64,000 nucleotides of DNA from Psilocybe cubensis (Eukaryota), in NCBI GenBank assembly GCA_017499595.2, contig CM039000.1, forward strand, positions 372,001 to 436,000. The letters are read 5' to 3'. Under the pieces are notes generated by a model. It made no database searches. It had not been told where the DNA came from and saw only the letters and a program-made list of their open reading frames with translations. This document shows positions 25,822-38,498 of the stretch, piece by piece (the stretch's first letter is position 1; each line of letters begins with the position of its first letter). A program made the position numbers and the translations under genes.

Positions 25822-27854
25822 TTGTCTTTATGATATGGTATGATAGGTCCAGCCTAGTGTCGACAGTAACTGTCAGTGTCACGGTAGTGCTTGATGTTGG
25901 ATCAATTAGGTCGTGAACTGCAACAACAAACAGAAAGAATGGCTTACTTGTAGTGGATACAATGCGCCCGGCGTTGAAAAGAAGACTCCAGGAATGAGGG
26001 TTATATACATTATATGGCACCCGGATACACCGCCTTGTCCGTGGGCTGTGGCATGATAGTGATGAGCAGGAGAGCGTGTTTCATTACGGTTCCACCGCCG
26101 GTTGTCGGGGATGTCTATTAATAGAACATTTATAACATTGCTTCACTATTTGGACTTATGCTCCGCAAACAAAAGTGGGATTAGTGGATCACGCTGAGTC
26201 ATTATTAATTTGCAACAAGATTACGAGTGATAGCGCATAATTAACGCTTCCATCTTTACAGTCACTCGGACCCACAGTTCTGAAAGCGCTTCCTCTACTA
26301 CAATTTGTGGTATTCTGTTTTGGACCATTAATCATTGTGGAACGACAGATGTCCATTAATTCATAAAGCTTTGAAAATTCCTTTAATTTAGAAAACAGGC
26401 TTGCACTCGTCTCAGTTATGGAGATAAGCTGCAATAGAATCTATAAATTATGTACTGCTAATAGCTTTAATATAAATATATGATAATTCATAATTCTGTA
26501 AGAACTTAGGAAACAACCTGGAAACAACGCAAACCAGCCTCGATGGGACAAAAATAGATTTCTGTCACCACGTGGTGGCTGTGTACTCAGTTTTTTTTTG
26601 GTTCCGTCCGGACGCATTTGGGCATGTTCTCGAAATAGAAGACATACGTCATCGAGCCCCGCACAGACGCAATGGTTATTTCGTCGCCCAAAAAGGCTTC
26701 CTTATGACTGAATTTGTGGGTGCTTTCGAAAATCTTTTGATTAAAACTCCGATTCATCCCGGTATAAAGCATCGATGGTATTTTGAAAAGCCAATTTTCG
26801 TTTTTCCTTCCCCTGTTTCCCCTCCCCTGTTTCCCTCTCCTCTCGTCTTCCTGCTTTGACAATTTCTTCCCTCGCTGCCGGTCGGTTTCTTGCCTTCGAT
26901 TCAAACAATATCTACATACAGGAAAGGACTAGCCGTAATAGCGGCCTTTACATAAGTGCTTATGCCGGGGAACGTTATCGTGTTTCGGTAAAGGCTCGCT
27001 TTTTTGTTTTTGTTCATCAAAAGGCGCATATAATTAACACTTAATTACAGAAACAATGAATTTTCAACCATGCGACTTCAAGCTCGCGCATATATTAACA
27101 CTTTTTGCTTCCATTATTTATGGAACTTGTTACTTACCTCCTATGGCCATTTGGTTCCCACCTATTGGCAAGTTATATGCGCTTACTTATCCCTATACAC
27201 TATGAGGCTGACAGTCCATGTGCACTCTGATTGGTCACTGGCTTCCAATAATGCGTTTGTAGGAAAAGCTATGTGTCAAGTGGATTTGAATCAAGAAAGT
27301 TTTTTGTCTTATACTTTGATTTGCATGAATTCACTCAGGTCATCCCCCTAGATAAACCATGATATCCATGCTCCGCACTTCGAGGTCCTTATGACTAGCA
27401 CTTTACATCATTTCACTCTCCAGCATTGACTCCGAAAACTCCAGTTCGTTGGCCGAATCTCACCTTGATGTTATCGTCTATGGATTTATTTGTCTAAGAC
27501 TGGATGTGTCCGATAACTGTTTGCCGTGAGTTTTTTTCCAGAGGATGCCCATTCTTGTTTTCTCTTTGTTTGCTCACCATTTAAGGTCGGCCGGTTACTA
27601 TTTCGGTAATTAAGGCACGCATGTCACATGTGAGCTTCATATTCCCACGTCTTTGACGCGAGAGCCGGCACAACAGCTAAATGCGGATGCCGCCTTTGAT
27701 TGTGCTTATTTGTACACCCGAGAAACAATAGGCTTATTGTCCTGGACATTGTCGACTCTAGCATTGTCTGCTATAATTGATTGTATGAGCGAAGTGATAA
27801 TGGTTTCTTTCTTCCCTTTCCTTTCTTTATTCCTTTCTCTTCATTTCCTTCACC

Positions 27855-30800
27855 ATGTCCGCTTACGACCTTCATGACCATTCACCCCGTTCGTCTCTTG
27901 ACTCGAACGACGACATCAAACTAAACACAGTCGACGCGACATCCATGCCCCCGCAACCTTCACCTCCTGCGATCCCCCCCTCCATTCGACTTCTATTTTC
28001 CTTCGTTCCACGACGGAAGCTTCTACTCTTGGTCCTTCCGGCTATTCTCACTTCAATCATCGCTGGCGGCGTTGCTCCCTTTATGACATATGTTGTCGGG
28101 CAAGCATTCGACGCCTTCGCCAAATTCCCCCTCACTCCTAATCCTCCACAATCTGCAAAAGACGAACTTCTTCGAGGTGTAGGGATTGCTGCCCTCGAAC
28201 TCATTGGCTTGGCTGTTGGTGCTTTGGCCTTGAGCAGCATTACATCAAGTCTGTGGATTTGGATTGGCGAAACCAATGTGATGGGTCTGCGCAAGACTAT
28301 CTACACCTCCGTCTCTCAGAAAGATCTCTCATGGTTTGATGGCCATATGGGATCTGAAGAAGACGCTGGTGCTGGAGGTCTTATGGCAAAATTCTCTCGG
28401 TATGGCACTCTTTTTCCTTTCGTACTTCCATTATTCACGCCTTTTTTTCAGAGAAACTGACGAAGTTCGAATGGCTTCGTCCCTTGCATCAGGGATGCTC
28501 ATTCAATATCTTACCACATGCGTTACCTGCCTCATCCTCGCATTCATGCGATCCTGGGCGCTCACTCTGGTCATCCTCTCCGCCCTACCCATCCTTGTCA
28601 TTGTGCAAGGCCTTTCGCAAGGCCTGGCCGCCCCTCGGCTGGCTCACGAGCGCGAACAAACTGCTGTTGCCGCAACAATTATCGACCGCGCTGTTGCTGC
28701 GATATCGACAGTCAAAGCTTTCAATGCTGCAAGCCTCGAACAGTCCCGCGCGAACGACCTCTTTGTGTCCCTTCGTCTGGCAGCGAAGAGTCTAAACAAG
28801 CTATGGGCAATCACATCTGGTATATCACAGTTTGTGATGATGGCTATGTTTGTGCAGGGGTTTTGGTTCGGCGCAAAGCTCGTTAGAGAAGGCAGGATCA
28901 GTGCTGGAGACGTGATGGCTGTCTTCTGGGCTTGCCTGATTGCTTCGAGTAACCTTCAGATGTGCGTTCCTCAATTTATTGTTCTTGCTAAGGGTAAGAT
29001 CGGCATGGCCGCTCTTCTTACTCTTATCGACTACAACCCCTCCGCTCCCCCTTCCCCTCGTAAAATCATTCCTACCAAGTTTTCCGGCGGCCTCGCTCTT
29101 TACAATGTCACCTTCGCCTATCCTTCCAGACCAACTGTACCCGTTCTTTCCGATGTATCATTATTCCTTCCCGCCAACGACACGACGTTCATCGTTGGCT
29201 CCTCAGGATCTGGGAAATCCACCGTCACACATCTTCTTTTGAAGATGTACGAACCCCAGCAGGGTCTCATGAACTTCGATGAATGGGATATGGGCCTTTT
29301 GGATCAAACTTGGCTTCGTTCACACGTTGCGTGTGTTGGTCAACAAGGAGCCGCAGGCGTTGTCATTTTCGATGAGAAGAGCGTTTACGAAAACATCGCA
29401 ATGGCGATGCACGATCATCCGAACGGACCTCCAAGCCGGAGACAAGTGGAAGGTGCCTGCCGTGCTGCATTGCTGCATGAGTTCGTGCGAGATCTACCTC
29501 AAGGCTACGATACCCTTCTCGGTGGAGGTGCAGGCGTTGGTCTCAGTGGTGGGCAGAAGCAGAGGCTTGCGATTGCACGGGCGTTGTTGCGGAATCCAGC
29601 TGTTCTGATTCTCGGTGAGTCCTTTCGCTTTCATACCATGATTCTTTCAGACTTATAGTTCACAGACGAGGCCACTTCCGCCCTCGACGCTACGTCACGC
29701 ATTCTCGTCTTCGAAGCTATCAAGCGTTGGCGACACAACAAAACGACCATTGTTATCACCCACGACCTCTCCCAAATCACCGCTCAGGATTTCGTTTATG
29801 TGCTTAAGGATGGCCGCGTCGTCGAACAGGGGTATAGGTCCGACCTTGAGGAAGTCAAGGCCGATTATGGTAGCGACCAGGGCGAGTTCAAAAAGTTGAT
29901 GGATGCTCAACGCGAGACTGGTGGTTTCCTCCCCGAGAAAGACGACGAGGAGAAGCCTGTGCCTGCTTTGGATCTACAGGAAGAGGCCGATGAGAACAAA
30001 GACAAGGAAATGCCACCGTACCTCAAGCACCAGAGCCTCGCCCTGCGACCAATGACATTCGGCGCGTGGATGTTCGACGTTCTTGACGACCTCATCGGTA
30101 CTAAGCCCGCCATCGCTGCCTCTGCCACCGTCCATCCATCCAACGAAACTCAGGAAAGTCTCGAAAATCAACCACGACGCAAAAGGCGCCCATCTTCGGC
30201 CATGTTTCCTTCGGGTCTTCAGCTTCCAACTTCTCCTGATTCCGCCCATACGGTCAACACAAGACGATACAGCCTCCCTCCTACTCCTACTTCCGCAACT
30301 TTTACTGCTTCCACCTATCGGATGTCGACGGCGACGGCGGCGACAGATAGTGTGGAGGAACTCGAATTCAATTTGCAGAAGAAGACGATGGAGAGGAGTG
30401 CTACCACCGCCCGACAAGTGAGGACTACACGGCTCACCCGCACACGGACCAAGTGGAACGGCAGCGACGCGAATGCTCTCTCCCATATCAAGGTCGAGAA
30501 GTCTGCGGTGTCCGGCGGACCAGAAGATCAAGACGCGGAGAGCGAAGAACCCCTCCCACCGTTCTGGGCGCTCATGCGTATTGCATACAGGTCCATCTCG
30601 CGCAAGCCTCTCCTGTTCTTCGGTCTCGTCGTTTGCGTAATGAACGGAGCCATGACCCCCATCTTCTCCTACCTTCTCTCCCGCCTCTTGTACGAGGTCT
30701 CCATTGGCGCTCAGGACCTCAACGCCATCAACACTTACGGTGGACTCGTGCTAGGCGCAGCGGGTATGGAGGGGTTCCTCCTCGGTCTGAAGTACTTTGT

Positions 30801-32410
30801 CATGGAGACCGTCGGAATCTCGTGGGTCACGTCGCTACGCAAGCGCGCATTCGGAAAGATCATGTCGCAAGATCGTGCATGGTTCGACCTGTCCAAACAC
30901 TCCCCCGCGCGCCTCGTGCAGATTCTCGTCAAGGATGGGGACGACGCGCGGGACCTCGTCGCTGTTGTGTGGGGTCAGATGGTGGTTGTGGTCGCGATGT
31001 TGAGCGTGGGTCTGGTGTGGGCGTTGGTCGCGGGGTGGCAGCTTACTTTGGCGGGCATGGCGATTGCACCGATTTTTGCGGGTGTGATGGCTATCCAGAC
31101 CAAGCTTGTGGCGAGGTGCGAGGTCAGGAACAAAAGAGCGAGGGAGGAAGTCGCGAGGGGATACTACGACGTGAGTAATGGTTATAGTTGTCCAGACACT
31201 GTAACTGATCCATCTTTTGCCAGACGGTTATCAACATTCGAGGCATTCGCTCCATGTCTTTCGATGGCGTGTTCAAGGCCCAATTCGATGCATCCGCTGA
31301 CAAGACTCTGGCGACTGGCATTCGCGGCGGCTTTGTGGAAGGATGCACGTATGGTGTTGCGAGCGGCCTGATCTACTTTGCTGAGGCAGCGTTGTTCTAC
31401 GTTGGCGCTGTGCTCATCGCAAACGGCACATACTCTTACCTGCAAATGGTTCAAGTCCTCAACTTGGTTGTGTTCACTGTTACAATCGGCTCGCAGCTTA
31501 TGGGTTTCAGTAAGTGATCATTTAGTCTGGATAATAATTACATCGTTGACATTTGTATAAAGCTCAAAAGATCGCGAAAGCCGTGCAAGCTACTGCCGAC
31601 TTCAACAAACTCTCCAACCTCGATACGGTTACTCATGAATCGTACGGCACGCTTTGCACTGACCTCTCCGGCAACATCAACCTCAACGCTGTTAGCTTCA
31701 CCTACCCATCCCGCCCTCTGGCTCCCATCCTCAAGAACGTCGATCTCCGCATTCGCGCAGGCGAGTGTGTCGCCATCGTCGGTCCTTCAGGAAGCGGCAA
31801 GTCGACCGTCGCCTCACTCCTTCAACGCCTCTACGAGCCAACTTCCGGTTCGGTCACCATCGGCGGCGTCGACACGCGTTTCATGGACGTTGGATACCTT
31901 AGAGATCACGTCTCGGTCGTCAGTCAGCAACCTCACCTGTTCGACGCGAGCATCTCGGATAACATCCGCTACGGCCACCCGACGATTTCAGAGGTCGACA
32001 TCCGATATGCTGCAAAGAAGGCAAATATCCACGAGTTTATTATGGGTCTGCCGCAAGGGTACGATACCCACGTTGGAGAGAACGCGTCTCTTATCTCGGG
32101 TGGTCAAGCCCAACGACTGCAAATTGCCAGGGCGTTGGTACGGCCATCGAACATTTTGATTTTGGACGAGTGCACGTCGTCGCTGGATACCGAGAACCAG
32201 GCGGCGGTGCTCGAGGCTATCTACAGCGTCAAAGAAGAAGGCGGGCGGACGACGATCATGATCACGCACAATTTAGAGGCGATGATGATGTGCGACCGCA
32301 TTGTTGTCGTGCAAGACGGCGAGGTTGTGGAAGAAGGTTCCTATGACTGGCTCATGGAACGCAAAGGCGTGTTTGCTAGTCTTGCACGCGGCGGCGAGTG
32401 GATTGGGTGA
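27855..32410 (+). CDS. STE6: Full-size ABCB transporter, Ste6/Hst6-like lipopeptide pheromone exporter
   Basis: TMD-NBD-TMD-NBD layout. NBD1 GSSGSGKS, LSGGQKQR, ILDE; NBD2 GPSGSGKS, ISGGQAQR, LDECTS. Long Ser/Thr-rich linker and four introns. Confidence 0.85.
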
Positions 32411-32661
32411 TTCGCCAACGCTCCCCATTCCCCCAACTCTTTATCACTGTATCTTTATCAATTCCGTTATGATTTGTATTTTTTTCATCTGGAGGATTCC
32501 CGCATATTCTTTGTTCTGATTCGTTTTATGATTTTTACTCATCCCAACTCATTTCGCATCACTCGTATCTTTACATGATCACGACACAATTTTTGGAAAC
32601 AATTACATACTACATATGCATATTGTACAACAACTACATAGCACGAATAGAATTACTATTA

Positions 32662-33325
32662 CAGTTGAACCCCTCTTAACCCATACCTCTCAAACCCATA
32701 ACCCCTGGTAACCCATAGCATCAGCTGTCCACCAACTTGGTTTGCAGGGAATTGCACACCATAACCCATAAGTCCGCAATAACCCATAACCCATACCCCT
32801 TCACTCTCAAAACCCATAGGTTTTACCTACCATATATAGGCTGGGACCTTTACTTTTGTGTCAAAATTTAGTACCCCGGTGGCTTATTTGGGTAATGTAC
32901 CACTGAAACCTCCTCGTAGCTACAAAAACGGAGGCTCAACACACTGGCTTGGAAACTTCGGCAATCATTCGGCAAAGAATTTTTTAACCCCGCTCTGTTC
33001 TTACCAAATACATCAGCGACATGGACAATCCTACTGCCCGTACAATTGAAACACTTTTGGACTCATTAAACAGAAAACTGCACCTTGAAGAGCCAGAACA
33101 ATGAAAGATACTGTAGTAACTGATTATTTTAGATCATAGCTAGTAGTACCTTGAATGTATCTAATTGGTATCCGTCTTATCATCGAGGAATTTTTTGTGT
33201 ATTTTTAACGATTTTTTCGCGAATTTTCAGGCCTGTTTTTAGCATACCTCCTGAAACCCATAACCCCTGATAACCCATACCCTGAGCCGTCCACCGAGAG
33301 GTATGGGTTAAGAGGGGTTCAACTG
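32662..33325. mobile_element. Tc1/mariner (pogo-like) MITE, 664 bp
   Basis: Perfect 30-bp TIR CAGTTGAACCCCTCTTAACCCATACCTCTC (32662-32691 and 33296-33325), flanked by TA on both sides. Repeated AACCCATA motifs inside. Confidence 0.93.
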
Positions 33326-34847
33326 TATAAATATAATCAACTGTTTAATTCCTATACGCTAGCATCTCTAATGCAAGTCATATATAGTGCCAATGAAACT
33401 CAAAAAACCCATTCAGTGATCATGAACTTTCGAGTCGTTTAATGGTTGTTTCTTTGAAGGCATATCATATTTGATGTTTATGAACACCGAGGTAGGGCAT
33501 TGAGAATACTATAAGATACAAGAGATAGTACTAGAGAGTGTAGTAGTGGTAGTAGGTACAAAGAACTACATCATACAGAGGTTTCTAGGCTTTAACTTGT
33601 TCATTTACTGCTGATACGCAGTGCAGCTCGCTAACCACGGAAATCGCGCGCACCACCAAGTCCACTTTTCCACGCTTCACATGACACCGGAACATCAATA
33701 CACCACCGACATCCCCCACCGACACCGATACTCCTCGCTCCCGGTTCCATTACTCATCTGTTTCTAATCGCCATTTCATTTTATATAAGCCGTCGTAATA
33801 TATTTCTTCATTTTAGAATCGGACTTTCGGATACTGCACAGCATTTCATTTTGCCCACACATTCCGAGTAGACACAATAGGCGCCCGGCTTCGCATCCTC
33901 GCCGTTTCCTCCCAATCCGAGAAATTTTTACATTTTAATTAATCTCCTTCTTCTGTAGACTTACTCATAGTGTCTTGGCCTTCATGTTTCGTGTTCGCTT
34001 CGCTTATTTCTTTACAAATTTTGTTTTACACACACACACACCACCTTAGTATTATAAAACCTAGCTAGAAAATTAACTACACAATAACAGATCGTTCACC
34101 TTCGTTTCTATCGCATTCTCGTCGTATTCAACTGGTTAGAGGACCAAAGAGACCCTCAGACGCCTCTCATAGCGGTACTCCAGGCTTTGTCACTTATTTT
34201 ATTCATTTTGTTTGCTCGACGCACCTAGGACGCCGCTGGCCCATCACTGCTTTTATCATTTTCGAGCAAAGTTGCATCTACGCACCCGAGTGTCCACTTG
34301 AAACGGCCCGCATGAGAATACAAGCTCCTACCTAATCCGCCGAAGCGGCATTCTGAACATTCATCATACCTTCCATTGAATTGTCCTTTTACCTTCAGCA
34401 TGACACTCGCGCTTCACTGAACGCCCCTGCACTTCCCAACAGGTAAATATTTCTATGCACGTCCAGCGCATGTCCCACGCACTTTCCTGCATTTCCCCCG
34501 GCTTCCTATTTAAAATCAAGTGTAACAACATATTATTCCTGTTAGACGCAACCTCACAGCTATTTTTTAGTGTTTGGGATCAGTTGGGCCTCATATGCCT
34601 CCGCAAATGCAAGTTTGTCCACCATATTCTTCCGTTTTATCGATGAATATCGATGAAATAGCAACAAAAAGTAGTCCTCTTATTCTAAATCAAGTATAGG
34701 TGCATTGAATAAGTGCTTAGATGTCGTGCGTGGCCGTCGTCATCAATTGCTTTCAAAGGCGTTGTGAAAAGTTTGGAAACTTGTGATTATTCAATAAAAT
34801 TATAAATTACTTGGTATACCATACAATCAAAGCATCAATAATACATG

Positions 34848-36386
34848 CTACACCCTACTAACGCAATGTCCTGGATCGTATAAGCTCCCATCCTGATGGG
34901 AACCTATACTTGAAACGAAATCACTATTCCTCTCTTCCTCCCTCTCTCCCGGGGCCATCCCCGACACCGACCCCGACCCCGGTGAAGCTCCCGAAGATCT
35001 CCCCCTGCTCCCCCTCCTCCCTTGCTGCTGCTGCTGCTGCTCAAAGCCAGGCAAGTCCCGAAACTCGATTGACGACATTACATACCTCTCCCTCCAAGCA
35101 GCATCGCCACCAAACTCGGACATGGACATGCGCGAGTTGAGGAGGACGAGCATGGAGTTTGAGTAGAGTTTTCCGAGGATGGCGGTGCTTGTTTGGTAGT
35201 AGGCTGGTTTGGAAGGGATAAAGTTGAGGACGCAGCAGAGGATTGCTGTTGTTGCTGTTTGTGTGTAGATTAAGAGAATATTCGGGGTAGATGCAATGTA
35301 ATCGATGGGAAGGGACGAACCGGTTAATGCGCCCGTACCGATTGTGATCCGTGCAATCTTCTGGATTGTTAGTTTGTTTCTAGCGTCTTTTGGTGTTTGT
35401 TTGCGGAAGAACTGGGGAGGGGTGTGTATGTGTGAGTTAGAGCCATTCAATGCGTGGTTGTTTTGTTAAAGCTATAAAGCTACGGCGTATATGTAGCTAT
35501 AACATGCGGAATCTGCAACTCACGTAGTAGGTCAGAGATAGGGCGATAACGACGTCACATATCGCGGAGCTGCTGTACCAGATCTGTCCGTGGAAAATAT
35601 ATTTGGATATTCAAGGTTAGTTGGATTTTGGAAAATGAGCACCCTTGGAAAGCGTACCCCGGATATAAGGACCAAGTTAGGAGAGAAGAGTTCACTCAGC
35701 CGGGTGTTCTTCTGGCACTCGACGCTGAGGATGATGGAGGTGATGAGTTGCACAAAACATCCCTACGGTAGACCGGCCGTTGTCATCAGAGCGTGTATGT
35801 TGAGGCATTGTCACTTACTAGGACGACTACGCCTGCTAATATTCTTTTTGCGAAGAGGATGTGGATGCGATACGCGTATAACCCTTGACAGATGAATGTG
35901 ACTGTAATTGTATATGTACATGTCCATTACTTAAGTCAGAACACGGTAAAAGGTATATATCCACATACCTATTCCATTTATTAGCGGTATGCTGACCCAT
36001 AGTAGTCCAATTTGGTCGAGGGACTCGGGGTCCGCGAAGCCTTCGGCAAAGTTGCGGAATAGGTCGCGGATGAGCAGGACGGTTTGTAGAGATTCGAGGA
36101 TGTATACACTGTAAATTAGGACGCGGATGACAAGGCGGTCATGGTGGAATACGGTGTGGTATATGACTTGTTACGAATGAAGACTAGGGTTAGATGGATC
36201 CAAACTGTGATAAATCCTGGATGTGCGACACTCACAGACTTGTACCGTCAGAACTCCGAGCAGGAATATGTTGCCAAAACCAGAGAGAAGCTATGAAGCA
36301 GTCAATACGTTGTCGAAATATTGGAAAGAGGCAAAGATACGTACTTGAGGTCCTGCCCTGTTCGTAAACGATTGCACGCTCTGCAT
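34848..36386 (-). CDS. DUF6534-type multi-pass membrane protein, paralog 2
   Basis: Multi-exon model MQSVQSFTNRAGPQ..LLGVLTVQV..QGLYAYRI..ICDVVIALSLTYY..IARITIGTG..LGKLYSNSMLVLLNSR, with poly-Q in the C-terminal tail. Confidence 0.85.
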
Positions 36387-38498
36387 GAAAAATCTCTAAT
36401 GGTAGAAAATAAAAGATGCGTGTGCATTGAACCTACACTTTTACCAGATTTGCGGACTTGTTATTGTCAAGAACTTGAAGATCCGCAGGGGAACGGGGAA
36501 CAACATGAACAGGGTCATGATGGAGCAGGAACAATTCCATACCGCGGTGCCCGCATGGGAGGACGTCGCTTTATGTATCCACGCGTATATTTACTGTGTG
36601 GCTTCAGAGCTGTGTATCCTTCTTTTTCCTGCTCTGATGAGATGCACCGTCTTGCTCTGATTCAGAGATGGATGATTGGCCGGTCACCGAGTGTGGCAAT
36701 TGGTGGGATACCTAAGACGCGTTTCCCCCTGGACCCTGAGACGTTGTATAGTTGGCTAGTAGCCATCCGATGTGGAAATTTGTACCGGTTTGAACAATTC
36801 ACTGAGAAGCCGTGGTAGAGATTAGGAAAATAGGATTTCTAGTGAGAATCTGCGTGAGAGGCGAATTTCAAAGTGTCCATATATAAACTTAAACTAAACC
36901 AGCGATACGGCTGTTGCCGTGAGCTTTGTTCGAGTATGACTTGGCCGGCGATTAATGTCCTTACTATGATAGATCGGGCAGAGTCACCGAACGATCCTCG
37001 AGGAGGAGTTCATTTTCGTTTACGAGCAGGACTGCATCTTGCCGCCGCTGCAAATTCTCTGAACTTGGGACAGGGGTTGACGGAGTCCATCCAAGCACCT
37101 ATTTTAGGCAGCTTTCAGAAGTTTAATCAACCAGTTCGATCGATTTTGACATGTGCCTGCAGTGGCATTAGGATTAAATGAACTGAGTAGGAGAAATCGC
37201 ACTGACTGAAAAGAGAGTACCCTGTGTAGCATATACCAAACAATAAAACATATTTAGAGGCCTGAGGTTCGCGGAATATAGGCGCTGACCCGTAGCTGTG
37301 CGTAACTGTCAGCCTGGATCTGTTAAAACTTCCTACCGTGCTGAGATATGTACTGGGCTGCTGGGGCCATTGCGTCGTCCGATCCTCCGGTGGAGTGTAA
37401 TCGACAGCCTTTTCAACCCGTCTCGGTCAGTGATTGCCCCACTGCCGCTACGCACTTTGGTACGCACTCTCAAAAAGATAGTATAGTAAATTTGGCCTCC
37501 GCAGGGTTGATTTTAGAATTTGATAACCCGTAAAAAAATAAACGGATGGTAAATCAGGAGATAGAGAATTTTCTGTCATACCACGTCTTCGGAGACTCCA
37601 CGATGATCAAGAACATCGTGGTAGCGAAAAAAGTTGGTTCAAAGTCAGAGTCGAGTCGAGTGCACATGTGTGCTGACAAAGTTTGTCAGCAACTGGATTT
37701 CGGCATTTCCCGTGCCCAGAAAACTTCGCCATAACACCGCCAAATACACAGAAAGTCCCGCAGACTGTAATGTTCAGGCGAACCGCGAGCCTTGGGCACA
37801 AACATTGAACGTGGCACAAAGATATTTGTCATTGAGACTGGGTGGACGGCAAGAACCAAAGAAAGCACCATCACCGCCGTCGGTAACCAGGCTCCCGCAT
37901 TGTCTTACTCAAAATCAAAAAAACATTTGGATATAATTGCGAGCCAGGCGTTATACCTACTGGCTCCCGAGTCTAGGCTAGGTATCATTGAAGTATCATG
38001 AAGCAAATCAGAATTTACCGATAGAGTCCAGATCCTAGCGCAAACAGGTTCGTGGTTCGTGATTCGCGGTTCAGCGAACCGATAAGTCTGCCGACGAGAT
38101 GCCCTCCAAATAGAATACCCAACCCGATAATAATTAGAGACTAGTATTGCGTCCTTTCGTAGTTTCCTTCATCCACCCATTGTCCGCCACGCAGATGAAT
38201 GAAGATCATTGATTCGGATTCTTAGTAAGCGCCCGTCTTGTACCTTTTCACATGTATCTTTAAGTGTTGAACACAAGTGAAGGAATGGTTCCCCGCCAAG
38301 TCCAACGTACAGCAGCGCATGGTTCACAGCAATGAAACATGATGGATGACAGCACTAAGAGCTGAGCCATGCCGTTCTTATCTCCTCTCAATGGATACCT
38401 TCAGATATTGCCTTTTCAATAAGTACCAGTCTGAGCGACGGAAGACATCCCCTTAGACTGGTCCCACCATCTCTCTGCTTCTTGACCGATTCAGAAGA

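Noticed and set aside
26481-27066. Possible old MITE bounded by degenerate ~21-bp inverted sequences
   Set aside because: The repeats are AT-rich and mismatched, and no TSD was found.
32670-32820. Telomere-like TAACCC motifs
   Set aside because: They are AACCCATA subterminal repeats of the MITE, not (TTAGGG)n or a telomerase template.
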